DNA of 62,196 nt, counting the filler, from Globobulimina sp. (taxonomy: Eukaryota): the NCBI GenBank assembly GCA_003354225.1. It is 30 parts of 30 records of this genome, joined end to end, with 100 filler letters (N's around TTAATTAATTAA, not from the genome) between each part and the next. Parts side by side here need not be neighbours in the genome. Positions count along the whole stretch, not along the records: positions 1 to 1,978 come from PIVH01010050.1; positions 2,079 to 4,056 come from PIVH01010051.1; positions 4,157 to 6,134 come from PIVH01010052.1; positions 6,235 to 8,212 come from PIVH01010053.1; positions 8,313 to 10,290 come from PIVH01010054.1; 25 more parts are not named here. One strand, 5' to 3'. Position numbers and translations under genes: made by a program. The notes beneath the pieces were generated by a model. The model saw nothing but the letters and a program-made list of their open reading frames with translations, was not told the origin of the DNA and did not search any database. Below are positions 1-10,390 of the stretch, in pieces (within the stretch, counting starts at the first letter, position 1; each line of letters starts with the position of its first letter).

Positions 1-1035
1 TCATAGATCATCACCGTTTTGAGGAATCTGATCGGTGGCTATATGAATATAATTCCTGCCAACACTACTAACTCTGCCAAGCTTTTTTCCAATGGTCGTG
101 GGTGTTTTGATAGAACCACAACTATTTCTTTTGTCATACAAAAAATAGCGCGTCTGATCTCGATGAAATGATTTCTCTGCATCAGGAACAAATGAAAAGA
201 TGGAACGTCCAGAAGATGCTCGCTCCAAGACAGGGTCTGCATCAATAATCAAATCGAGCTTTTGTCTGTAGAGAGCAGTAATATTCTTCACATAGTTGCT
301 GTCTTTTAGTCGCCCCTCTATTTTAAAGGAACGTACTCCAGCATCAATTAAGGACCTAAGTTCTCCAGATAAATTAAGGTCTTTTAAAGAGAGTAGATGT
401 TTGTTCTCACTAATGATGTGGCCGGATGAATCCTTTAAAGTAAAACGATGTCTACAAAACTGAGCACAATTCCCCCTGTTAGCACTCCGCCCCGCCATCA
501 CCTCACTGATATAACACTGGCCACTATACGAAACACATAGTGCACCATGAACGAAACATTCGAGAGTCACCGATGTTTGATCTGCAATTTCTTTAATTTC
601 AGCAAGACTGAGCTCTCTTGCCAACACTACTTGCTGAAAACCGACCTGTTCCAGAAATTTAACCTTTTCGACTGTTCGATTATTCACCTGCGTAGAGGCA
701 TGCAACTCTATTGGTGGTAAATCACATTCGAGTAGCCCTAAATCCTGAATGATTATGGCATCAGACCCCATATTATAAAGACAATGAATCAGTTTCACAG
801 CCTCATCCAGTTCATCATCATTCAAAAGGGTGTTAAGGGCTATATATACCTTTGCATGAAACTGATGAGCGAAATGGATAAGCCTTTCTATATCTGCAAG
901 ACTATTTGCTGCAGCAGCCCTTGCAGAAAACTGAGGTGCTCCAATATAGACAGCATCAGCACCATGCTCGATTGCAGCTATGCCACATGAATAATCTTTG
1001 GCTGGTGCTAACAACTCTATTTTATCAAGTTGCAT
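1..1035 (-). CDS. rlhA: Bacterial peptidase U32 family protein, RlhA/YdcP-like (23S rRNA hydroxylation), probably 3'-truncated
   Basis: ELLAPA start, GADAVYIG, HASTQ, the Fe-S cysteine motif HGALCVSYSGQCYIS...RSANRGNCAQFCR, and KIEGR. No introns. Purine-rich AGAGATGAG upstream of the ATG. The stop is at the contig edge, where homologues normally continue. Confidence 0.85.
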   Translation of the reverse strand: MQLDKIELLAPAKDYSCGIAAIEHGADAVYIGAPQFSARAAAANSLADIERLIHFAHQFHAKVYIALNTLLNDDELDEAVKLIHCLYNMGSDAIIIQDLGLLECDLPPIELHASTQVNNRTVEKVKFLEQVGFQQVVLARELSLAEIKEIADQTSVTLECFVHGALCVSYSGQCYISEVMAGRSANRGNCAQFCRHRFTLKDSSGHIISENKHLLSLKDLNLSGELRSLIDAGVRSFKIEGRLKDSNYVKNITALYRQKLDLIIDADPVLERASSGRSIFSFVPDAEKSFHRDQTRYFLYDKRNSCGSIKTPTTIGKKLGRVSSVGRNYIHIATDQIPQNGDDL

Positions 1036-1112
1036 CGTTTACTCATCTCTTAAAATTCAAGGTTCCTTGATATTCTTGCTTCAACAGCAAACTGTAATCA
1101 TTTTCATGCTGT

Positions 1113-1147
1113 AAAAATAAAAAAAGGTCCGTAACAAGTTACGGACC
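1113..1147 (-). terminator. Rho-independent terminator of the gene upstream of the U32 gene
   Basis: Inverted repeat GGTCCGTAAC/GTTACGGACC (1126-1147) followed on the minus strand by a long T tract. An upstream frame ends ...AKAAKR* near 1245. Confidence 0.75.
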
Positions 1148-1978
1148 ATTATTACCTCAAGAATTCATTTCTCGTAATCTGAGAATGAATACTATATTTC
1201 ATAAACCTTTGAAATCGGTACAGCTGAACTGAGCATCTACTTACTTACCGTTTAGCAGCTTTAGCGGTATACAAATATAAGAATATCTTTGTTTAAGGAA
1301 ACATGGATTGTCCATCATATAGATATCGTTGGTAGTTTTTATAGCAGTGTTAAGGTTATTTATCGGCCACAAAAACTGCTAAAACTGACCACTTCGGCTG
1401 ATAAATTGTCTTAAAAGTGACCACCGGTTGCTGTTATTGCTATTTTTCGGCTGCCGGTAGTAAGTTTTAGGACTATTTATGGGCCACCAGTTGTCAGTTT
1501 TATAAGTTAAAAGACTATGTATTATATAGTCCATAATAAAAGGTACTTTCACTATAAATTTCGTGAAAATTGTCTGACATGGTTCATAGCTTTGTGTTTA
1601 AAATATGCGTTTTCCTAAAATGCCCATAATTAATAGCCAACTTTTCGTTTTTTTTGACAAATATATTATAAGGATTATAAAGGTAAAATTGTCCTAGAAA
1701 GAGTTAAGTTATCCCCTTGTTCCCTGACCTTATCCCATTTATTAATGTACTGCACAATATTATATTTCAGGCAATGTGCTCAAATCGAATGCACCTTGGA
1801 TCGAGGAAGAGATGCCTGCCATTCAGAATACTTGGTTGGAAGTTTGCCAATTAATGGTGTGGCGATTGTCAAAGTTGTGAGAAGGTAATTTTTTATTTTT
1901 CATGATTTTGCCAGGGTAAGACACACCTGTCAGTCCAGGATAGATGTTTTAACATAAACAGTCAGGACATTATTACTT

Positions 1979-2078
1979 NNNNNNNNNNNNNNNNNNNNNN
2001 NNNNNNNNNNNNNNNNNNNNNNTTAATTAATTAANNNNNNNNNNNNNNNNNNNNNNNNNNNNNNNNNNNNNNNNNNNN
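1979..2078. other. Artificial contig spacer (N44-TTAATTAATTAA-N44), first of 29
   Basis: The same 100-bp spacer with six-frame stops recurs about every 2.08 kb (4057, 6135, 8213, 10291 ... 58047, 60122). Contig lengths fall monotonically from 1978 to 1975 bp, so this is a size-sorted concatenation and neighbours across spacers are unrelated. Confidence 0.99.
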
Positions 2079-2822
2079 TTCCGGATGAGCTGCACATTCA
2101 AATTTTTTGGCTAAACAGAAATTTAATTCCAAGGCATCAATATAGTATACAGAGCGATCTTGTGGTTGTTGGATAGTCGCAGATCTCGCAGGGATCGAGC
2201 CAGTGTTATTCATACTGGTAAACGTATACTTATTTTCCCGAGCATAAACAATATGATTTTGCTCATATAAACGCGTTTTATCGCCCATAGGGGCCTCCAT
2301 AAATGGTATATAGCGACGTATGCGGCCTTCAACTAAGATCACACGGAACCGTGCAACAGCAATTTTTATACCAGTGGTCTCTACGAATAAATTGGCTCTG
2401 CGGTTCCAAGATTCCACCAACAAATCAGTATATAGCCACTTATAAACAAACAACGCCGCATCACCTGCAGTATAGTCACACATTTGGGCGCTTTTATTAA
2501 ACCAATTGCCAGTTAAGACCTCAATTTCATTGAGTTTGTATTGTTTTTGTGTGATCAATGAGAGGCAATATATGATGCGGGCTTTGTTACCATCGGATTT
2601 CGTGATGCTTGGAGGTAAATGCCTGACATACATAGTCATATAAGGTATGCCAACAATTTTAAAATGGAAATGATGGCCCAAAGCTAAGATTGCATTCCAA
2701 CAGCCCACCGGAGACGGTTTAATATATATTTTGTTTTGTGTGGCTGCAGACCGCCAAGGATTAACAAAGGGACATTCCTCAATATATCTATCACGAAAAG
2801 AGTCATCATTATGGCCATCAAA
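2079..2822 (-). CDS. Hypothetical protein, 3'-partial; possibly ORF1 of a retroelement
   Basis: Frame is open from about 2822 to the contig edge (~245 codons), with no early ATG and no recognised motif. Co-oriented with and downstream of the non-LTR ORF. Confidence 0.45.
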
Positions 2823-3158
2823 TCAAAAGACGCTCTCGAAGGCCGAGGCCTAATGAGTGCGGTTCAGAGCTTGCAAACTTATAACTCCTTATAAGTTTGA
2901 GATCTAATAAAAATGCAAAAGAAATTAAAAATTCAAACAGACTCATATAGAAAAAGACAAAATACTAAAATAAAAGTTTTCAAAAACTTTGCGAAACAAA
3001 CGTGTTTTTATAAAAGAAGTCATGGAAAAGCCTAACAAAGGGCAAATAATAAAGAAAATGCATATAAGAATAAAGAAATTATCAGAACATATTGTAAATG
3101 AAAATGAATTATAAATAATATAAGTTATAAACAGAAACGATATTACCTCAACTATTAG

Positions 3159-4056
3159 TCATCTAAAATATTTTAATCGCCCGGTCTGAGTCACGAATGC
3201 CACAACTGATTGTAATATCATCGTACGATGTTTCCATCGCATATCGCTTGGTGGAAACAGCAGCGTTTTCAATTCAATGGTCCAATTCGCAATTTTATAG
3301 TATTCAGAAATCTCATTCATTAAATGTCTTCGTGGTACAGCATAATGCGGGCAATGTAATAAATAATGTTCAACATCTTCAACGGCATCGCAGTGCTTAC
3401 ATCTCCCACTATGGTTTTCCTCGCAACAGGTCGCGCGGCAAAATATATATTGAATATGCCCTTTGTTTAGGCGATTCTGCTGATTATAATATATCCGATG
3501 TTGCCGTATATGATTATATAAATTCAATAAAATATGCCCCGACCTTAATTGTAATAATATCATAGATTCATATTGAATTAAAAATAGTTCTTTCTTTGCA
3601 TCAAAATGTCGCATTATGTACCATTTCCATTTATAAATATTGTGGGATATCAAATGATTGTCTTTTAATGTATGAATATCACGGGATTTAAGCATAGAAA
3701 TAATGGAATTACTCGCTAATTTCTTGGCTATTTTCTCAGAAACAGGCAACGAATTAATTTTATGTTTACTATATTTATTATCAAAACAAATATGGGCTGC
3801 TTTCTTAGCATAAATATCCGCAATCCGGATGCCATGATTTGTATCGCGTTTGCATTTTTGGAATCGAATGATTATTTTATAGTTATTATACAAATAATTA
3901 ATATGATAATGAATTTGTTTAATATAATTTATCAAAACATAATCGTACGTTGTTTGCAACTTTGCCACCCATAATAAAGCATTAATATTATCAGAAATGA
4001 TGTGAATATATCGAAAATTCTCCATGAATTCACGTGGAAACTTGATAATTTGTTGA
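3159..4056 (-). mobile_element. Non-LTR retrotransposon ORF2 C-terminus (RNase H end + CCHC zinc knuckle)
   Basis: IISDNINAL and NHGIRIADIYAKKAA resemble the RNase H motifs TDSxxA and GNExADxLAK. LLQLRSGH..LN and CKHC-x7-H-x4-C (CKHCDAVEDVEHYLLHCPHY) are typical ends of RNase H-carrying LINE ORF2 proteins. Confidence 0.85.
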
Positions 4057-4156
4057 NNNNNNNNNNNNNNNNNNNNNNNNNNNNNNNNNNNNNNNNNNNN
4101 TTAATTAATTAANNNNNNNNNNNNNNNNNNNNNNNNNNNNNNNNNNNNNNNNNNNN

Positions 4157-4950
4157 AATTGTGTCCATACATTGTGTGCATATTTGATGTCAATTAATTG
4201 TTTGCTGCATATTAAATCAGTGGTGAATGCAATCAATGTGTCAGTTTGTCGCAATTCCCTCTTATTTGGCATCCACATTCGTTTCAATGATAGAATATGA
4301 TCAATGGGACTTCTCACAATCCGAAAAATATATAAATCCGCAATTCTGTCGAGTAAATAATCATAGTTTCCTTCAAAATGATGGTAATCAATTTCTTTGA
4401 ATATTATATACTTGGAAGACACGCATTTGTTTGTTAATTGTGCTGCTGTCAGATTGCTTAGATTTGAATTTATATCGATAATCATTTGGGAATGCGCAAA
4501 TTGATTATAATCAACATTTTCTTTGAAGTTACATTGGTAGAAATCTGCCAATATTTGACTTAGAGTGGTGTCGTTATCTAAATATTTATTGTGACTGCTT
4601 TTTGAAGGTTTCCAATTCCATTTCGTTGCAAAATACTTCAAAGTGATGGTGTGCATTGCTTCAAATAGATAAAACACATCAGAATGATTAAAAATTACTT
4701 CTCCGATAAAGCGTTGTAAATGTGTGCTTCCGCTATGACCATATCCAGTTATCAGTATTTTTATTTGTTGCTTCGAATTCTCCACAAAGTTGGCATCTGC
4801 AGCTCGTAGACGTATTTGTTGATGATCAGAATTTACTAATTGATAACGGTTATTATTAATAACATTTTGTGAAACATAAAAAATACTACAAAGACACCAT
4901 ATTATTAGTCCAAACAACAGAGCAAAATTTCGACATTTGTTACTTGCCAT
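4157..4950 (-). CDS. Type II membrane sulfotransferase (carbohydrate sulfotransferase-like), 3'-partial
   Basis: N-terminal signal anchor; 5'-PSB-like ITGYGHSGST; YLFEA; 3'-PB-like IVRSPIDHILS. Confidence 0.75.
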
Positions 4951-5419
4951 TCATTAAATTTAAAAAAAAACGTTGCTGTATAAGCTAATCTGCCTAATCA
5001 TTCTTCCTAATGTACAGAATGGGAAAGATGAGATCAAGTGCGATAGATAAATGAAAGAAAAAAAAGTTGCCAATAAACCACATGCAAATTATAAAAAAAT
5101 GATGTATAAAACTGTTAATTATTTAAAAAAAACAAAAACAAAACAAAAATATCACAATGCAATAGAAATTGTTGGAGAGCTATGCTTAATTACAAAAAAT
5201 AAAATATCCAAATACAATCAACAAAGTCAAACAACAAAAAGCATCCCAATGATATCAAAAAAAAAGAGTCAATTAAAACAAATTCAAAAATATTCAAATT
5301 GCATACAAAAAAAAATCAAATTACATTACAAATCCAAACAATCAAAGAAGAAAAATCAATTAAGAAATCAGAGAGAGACGTTATAAATAAAAGAAAATAA
5401 AGAAACAGATGTCAGTTGT

Positions 5420-6064
5420 TTACACATCTGACGCAATAGAAACAATTCTATGTTTACATTCTTTACATTGTTTAGCATGTTCCGCACATTCGAGCGCATT
5501 CACAAACGTTTTGCCACAAACCGACGAGGATGGAATATTATGTTTCGTTTTATTTTTATTGCTTTTCTGAAACGCATTAATAGACATTGACTGCGATGTG
5601 TTTGCCCGCATAAAATGATGATGATTATGACTGTGACTGTGCTTATTATGGTTATTATGTGGCGGCGTCTTAGATTTCCTATTCCTATCTACCTTATTAT
5701 TGCTTGTATGATGCGGCGACATAGATTTCGATTTTCTATTTCCTTTCCTAGGCGGCGACAATAGCGTATTTTGAGGACAATGCGCGGTTTGTTTGATCAT
5801 GGCATACAACCGCATTTTCCACGGATTCGGCGCCGAGTTCATCAAATAACTGCGACATAAACATTTAATGGGCTCCTGAGCCTGCAACAACACCGACTTC
5901 CAATACGGGAACAGCCACTCAATATTTGTAGTTTCCATCGCACGCAATTTCGTGGCGTCCTTCTCCATCGACGCAAACAACATATTGCCAGTCGTACAAA
6001 TCCACTCTTCGCTCTCCAACTTCTTCTCAGTTTGATGTTGTTTATTATTATCATTCTGATTCAT
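5420..6064 (-). CDS. Hypothetical protein, last exon, His-rich with C-terminal Cys/His zinc-finger-like motif
   Basis: 214-aa frame containing CGKTFVNALECAEHAKQC, followed by a T-rich 3'UTR. Confidence 0.5.
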   Translation of the reverse strand: MNQNDNNKQHQTEKKLESEEWICTTGNMLFASMEKDATKLRAMETTNIEWLFPYWKSVLLQAQEPIKCLCRSYLMNSAPNPWKMRLYAMIKQTAHCPQNTLLSPPRKGNRKSKSMSPHHTSNNKVDRNRKSKTPPHNNHNKHSHSHNHHHFMRANTSQSMSINAFQKSNKNKTKHNIPSSSVCGKTFVNALECAEHAKQCKECKHRIVSIASDV

Positions 6065-6234
6065 ATTTGCGTCCTTTATATTACATAAATATGTATATAA
6101 TTTATAACTAAATCAATGGTCCATGATCGCGAATNNNNNNNNNNNNNNNNNNNNNNNNNNNNNNNNNNNNNNNNNNNNTTAATTAATTAANNNNNNNNNN
6201 NNNNNNNNNNNNNNNNNNNNNNNNNNNNNNNNNN

Positions 6235-8025
6235 AGCAAAATAAACGAGAATGAGGCTAGCGGCAAATTAGGCAGTTCGTATGATGGCAATTCGTATAAA
6301 TATGTATCGCATTTATCACCAAAGAAAAGTTATAAAAAATACACTGAACCGTTAGTATTATCGCACAGTTTGGATACACCGCTCAATAATAATAAACCTA
6401 TGGAGAATGGGACTGAATCGGATTATAAACACTCTCCGGTAGCTTTTTCGAAGTTGTTTAATAAAATCACGAGCAATGCACATATTAATTCGCTTGAACT
6501 CGATGACGAACTGCTACAATCTCACTCGTTGACGCAAATACAAACACCGCAACAACAACAGCCTTCGCCCTACATATCCCCATATAATCTGAGTGAGGAT
6601 ATGTGCGATTCGGACAATAATTATATTTGCCGGCCAGTGAATGGAGATGGCGGCTTTGGCAGCAATTTAAGCAAAGAATCCGCGTCCAAATTTATCAAAA
6701 CCGGCATGCGGATAAATAACCAAATCGAGCGATACGACACGGAATGTGATGGCGGGATAACTGCTATAAAGTTCCACCCCTTTCGTAACATATTATATTG
6801 CGGCGACGCCGCGGGGCGAGTTTGGGTATGGAAGTATGAGGGCAATATCGGCGCAAATAACCCAAACAACAAACGGAGGATCAATTTAGTAAATATTAAA
6901 GACACCCATCTATCCAATGCGTGTGTGACGGGCAGTATGCACCAATCCAATAACTCAAATTCAGTGAATAATATCAGTGGATACGGCTTAGGACATTCGC
7001 AGTCTATGGGTAACTTTGGCGATGCTGTAAATAGTTATAATCACAATGATGAGGCATCGAATGCGAACACAAATACCAGTACAAACAGTGGGGGCAGCGG
7101 TGGTGTGGTGGTGACCTCGTTTGAAATCATCAATAAATATCACGATACAATGCTGTTATGTGCCGGCAGCGATGGCACCATTCGGATTTATAGAAACAGT
7201 CATTTAGAGAATAGCATGTCTGCTGTGACTGCGTTCTTAGCCAATGCCCGGATTAAACCCACGCGGCAGACTGGTGGCGGTATGGGCGGCGGCGGGAGAA
7301 TGATCACGTCATTTTGCGAGGAATTCGGCTATTTATATAGCGGCGGCTCGCATAATTCGGTCAAGATTCATGACTGTCATAATGAGGCATATTTCGGTAA
7401 TTATTATACAAAATGTAACACGCGGTGCATACTACGGGATGACGTTCATAAGAATTTGCTGATTGCGGGTTGTGTGGATAATAGAATCCGATTATTTGAT
7501 TTGCGATGCGATTTGAATAAAAATACAAATACCAAGGAAATGGGCATATTGTTTTCGAGTGGGAAGTCTGCGAAAATATTATCTATCAAACCGACGCATA
7601 AACATAACACAAACTGTTATTATATCTGTTCGACGCAAGAGTTGTTGTTGTTTGATTTGCGAAATCAAAGTATTATTTCCAAGATACCGTTTAAGAAATA
7701 TATAAATACGTTTGATTCGCATAAATATGCACCGATTTATGCCCTGGGTTCGACCAAGCAATTCGTGCAAATATGTTCGTCGCTTAAATTAGATTCGAAT
7801 ATCGTGTCTTCTTCGTTTATGAATGAACATTCAAATAAGAAGATAAAACAACAAATGCAGTCCGTGAATGAGATTTGTTATCATGATGGTTTTTTAGGTG
7901 CGAGAATTGGTCCGGTGCGGTTATTGAAATTCCATCCATATAAGTTATTGTTAGCCGTTGGTGGCACAAATAAACATTTGTCTTTATATTCAAGTTCAAA
8001 CTCGAAAAATAACTCTTTATTGTAA
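6235..8025 (+). CDS. RPTOR: Raptor/KOG1 (TORC1 scaffold) C-terminal WD40 region, 5'-partial
   Basis: WD40 repeats ending in ICYHDGFLGARIGPVRLLKFHPYKLLLAVG, the characteristic Raptor C-terminal motif; also MLLCAGSDGTIRIYRN...VTAF. Frame is open from the contig start. Confidence 0.85.
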   Translation, partial: SKINENEASGKLGSSYDGNSYKYVSHLSPKKSYKKYTEPLVLSHSLDTPLNNNKPMENGTESDYKHSPVAFSKLFNKITSNAHINSLELDDELLQSHSLTQIQTPQQQQPSPYISPYNLSEDMCDSDNNYICRPVNGDGGFGSNLSKESASKFIKTGMRINNQIERYDTECDGGITAIKFHPFRNILYCGDAAGRVWVWKYEGNIGANNPNNKRRINLVNIKDTHLSNACVTGSMHQSNNSNSVNNISGYGLGHSQSMGNFGDAVNSYNHNDEASNANTNTSTNSGGSGGVVVTSFEIINKYHDTMLLCAGSDGTIRIYRNSHLENSMSAVTAFLANARIKPTRQTGGGMGGGGRMITSFCEEFGYLYSGGSHNSVKIHDCHNEAYFGNYYTKCNTRCILRDDVHKNLLIAGCVDNRIRLFDLRCDLNKNTNTKEMGILFSSGKSAKILSIKPTHKHNTNCYYICSTQELLLFDLRNQSIISKIPFKKYINTFDSHKYAPIYALGSTKQFVQICSSLKLDSNIVSSSFMNEHSNKKIKQQMQSVNEICYHDGFLGARIGPVRLLKFHPYKLLLAVGGTNKHLSLYSSSNSKNNSLL

Positions 8026-8419
8026 TAATATTGTTTTTGTGTAGTTTATTTTGATTGTTTGTTTTTTCTTTCTTGTCTTTGTAAAAATTCATGTTTTACT
8101 GATGCTAATCGATGATAGCATATGTGATTTAGTTATATACCTAAACGATGAACGCATTGTATATATTTAGTGCATTTGATTTTGTATATAATTCGCGCAA
8201 GAGTTGATGAAANNNNNNNNNNNNNNNNNNNNNNNNNNNNNNNNNNNNNNNNNNNNTTAATTAATTAANNNNNNNNNNNNNNNNNNNNNNNNNNNNNNNN
8301 NNNNNNNNNNNNATTATTGAGCCAATCATTCATATTTGAGAAACATTGACATTGTTTCCGCTGTGCATCTTTGCAAAATATATAATTCATGATTATCTCT
8401 GCAATTTCTTGATGCACAT

Positions 8420-9412
8420 TTATTGTTGTAAAAACGATCGGTTTTGATTTTCAATCATTTCCTGAATCATATTGTTTTTCGATTTCATTTGAATGAGATG
8501 GAATTTTGATTCTTTATTTTCTTGCATGTTTTTAATTTGTTGAACACAAAATATTTTATCCAATATAACATCTTTGGTATTTGCAGCTGCATTTCGTTGA
8601 AATATGATCCATTGCAACAATGCAACATTTTGGTGGTTAATCGATAAAACAAATTGATTCAAATACGCAACACCCAAAATACTACAAAAATAGGGAATGC
8701 TCAAAATTGATAAACTATCCCAAATAAACATAAACAAACTATTTGGAATCAGCGTGACATGATTTATAACGCAATACAAAATATTCAATATTTCCAAATT
8801 TGAGATAGCGAATATCATTAAAAAAAACATGTACTTCACACGATATGTTGGTAATTCATTCAATTTGTTCATATCAATGCCGATCAACGAAAACGAACAT
8901 GATACAGAAACTATGCAAAAAATTAATATTGATAATATAGTCATGTTCCAACCATAAATGTCGCTTTCTGATAATATGAATATTATTTGAATAATGATAG
9001 GCAGAGTGACTAAAAGCGTGATAATTTGATGTCTAACAATTGTTTTGTCGTTGAGAGCATCTGTGGGTGTATCGGATGTGGAAGTAATCGCTTTAAAGAA
9101 TAGGAGTAGCAATGCAGCGGCTATGATGAATATGGTCTGTCCAAAAGTAGCCCATCCTAATACAATCCATTGGAATCTTTCCCAAAGTTGCATTCCAGAC
9201 TTAGAACAACAACAAAAACAACAACTAATGACATACACAATAAGTAACAAGACTATCATTACAGTAAGTCCTCCCAATGTATAACCAATTAAATACCATA
9301 GCAATGTTCGTGAATAAAGAATATCTTCATAGAAATATGGAACAAAACGAAATAATAGTATCACAATAGAAAAATGCAATATAGAGTTCAACAGGAAGAC
9401 GAAAAATCTCAT
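8420..9412 (-). CDS. Multi-pass membrane protein of unknown function
   Basis: 330-aa frame with about 7 hydrophobic segments. Confidence 0.6.
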   Translation of the reverse strand: MRFFVFLLNSILHFSIVILLFRFVPYFYEDILYSRTLLWYLIGYTLGGLTVMIVLLLIVYVISCCFCCCSKSGMQLWERFQWIVLGWATFGQTIFIIAAALLLLFFKAITSTSDTPTDALNDKTIVRHQIITLLVTLPIIIQIIFILSESDIYGWNMTILSILIFCIVSVSCSFSLIGIDMNKLNELPTYRVKYMFFLMIFAISNLEILNILYCVINHVTLIPNSLFMFIWDSLSILSIPYFCSILGVAYLNQFVLSINHQNVALLQWIIFQRNAAANTKDVILDKIFCVQQIKNMQENKESKFHLIQMKSKNNMIQEMIENQNRSFLQQ

Positions 9413-9499
9413 TATAAAAAGTATCTGTGTTAAGCTGTTTTTGATGTTAGCTACTAGTTATGATTCAAAACTCAAAAGGCCTAAATACATCACTGCAGT

Positions 9500-9762
9500 C
9501 ACAACCACTGCATACACAACTATTGAGCTAAGAGCTTCCGGTTTTCAACGTCAGATTATTATTGTTTCTGAGAAACGAAGGCAAACCTATATTATTTTTA
9601 CCTTTAGCAGTCACCAGAAACGGTTTGCTTATACCTTACCCCAATAAAAATCTGACGCTGAAAACCGGATGCTCTTTTCATTGTGGTGATCGGACTTCAA
9701 CTTTTGGAGTTAATCTCTCACCACAATAAATTAGCTCAATAGTTGTCTCTGTAGTGGTTGTG
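9500..9762. repeat. Nested/branched inverted-repeat element (MITE-like or structured RNA)
   Basis: Outer arms 9500-9531/9731-9762; inner arms 9531-9564/9642-9675 (AGAGCTTCCGGTTTTCAACGTCAGAT vs ATCTGACGCTGAAAACCGGATGCTCT); third stem ATTGTGGTGA/TCACCACAAT at 9680-9727. Confidence 0.8.
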
Positions 9763-9943
9763 TTGTGGGGCAATAGTTAATGGAAAATTCAGCCAAAAAT
9801 GGCAAAAAAACGAGCAAACACATTAATTCGAACATATCGACACTGACCTAAATATCGTGTGCTATAAAAAGATTTATTTCATGGGAAAATTTAACATCAG
9901 ACTAATCCATAGAATATAAACAGTCAATGTTTCAAAAACGAAA

Positions 9944-10290
9944 TTAATTAAAAGGAACGAAATAATGCAAACCAGAACCTTTTGATCCAAACTCTTGTTG
10001 ACTTGCTTGATGTTGTTCTTCTTTCACAGTGGATAATCCGTTAAATTTTTTATTAATATTATTTATATTTTCATCGTCATCGTCCTCGTGATCTTCACTT
10101 GTATTTAAATCACAAAATGAATTAACTGATTGTTGATGTAATGGGATACCACAATAAACACATTTTAATTTGAACGAATCCAAAGAAGATACGAAACGAT
10201 CTGTTAATTCCATCCAATGTTTCATTTCATCCTTTGTAGCATTTTCAATTTCTGCAACATTTTCATTTTGTTTTTCGATTTCGTTTATTA
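9944..10290 (-). CDS. C-terminal fragment of a coiled-coil protein with Cys/His motif
   Basis: Frame open from the contig edge; contains CVYCG...NSFCDLN...GSGLHYF*. Confidence 0.5.
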
Positions 10291-10390
10291 NNNNNNNNNN
10301 NNNNNNNNNNNNNNNNNNNNNNNNNNNNNNNNNNTTAATTAATTAANNNNNNNNNNNNNNNNNNNNNNNNNNNNNNNNNNNNNNNNNNNN

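Noticed and set aside
2023..2034. Regularly spaced TTAATTAATTAA motif
   Set aside because: Synthetic linker embedded in N runs. It also creates the artificial ...XXX-LIN* ORF ends.
2832..2870. Hammerhead ribozyme (CTAATGAG and CGAAG words)
   Set aside because: The core deviates from CUGANGA/GAAA and a third stem cannot be formed.
5051..5386. 111-aa Lys-rich ORF
   Set aside because: It is the antisense of a T-rich 3'UTR, a compositional artefact.
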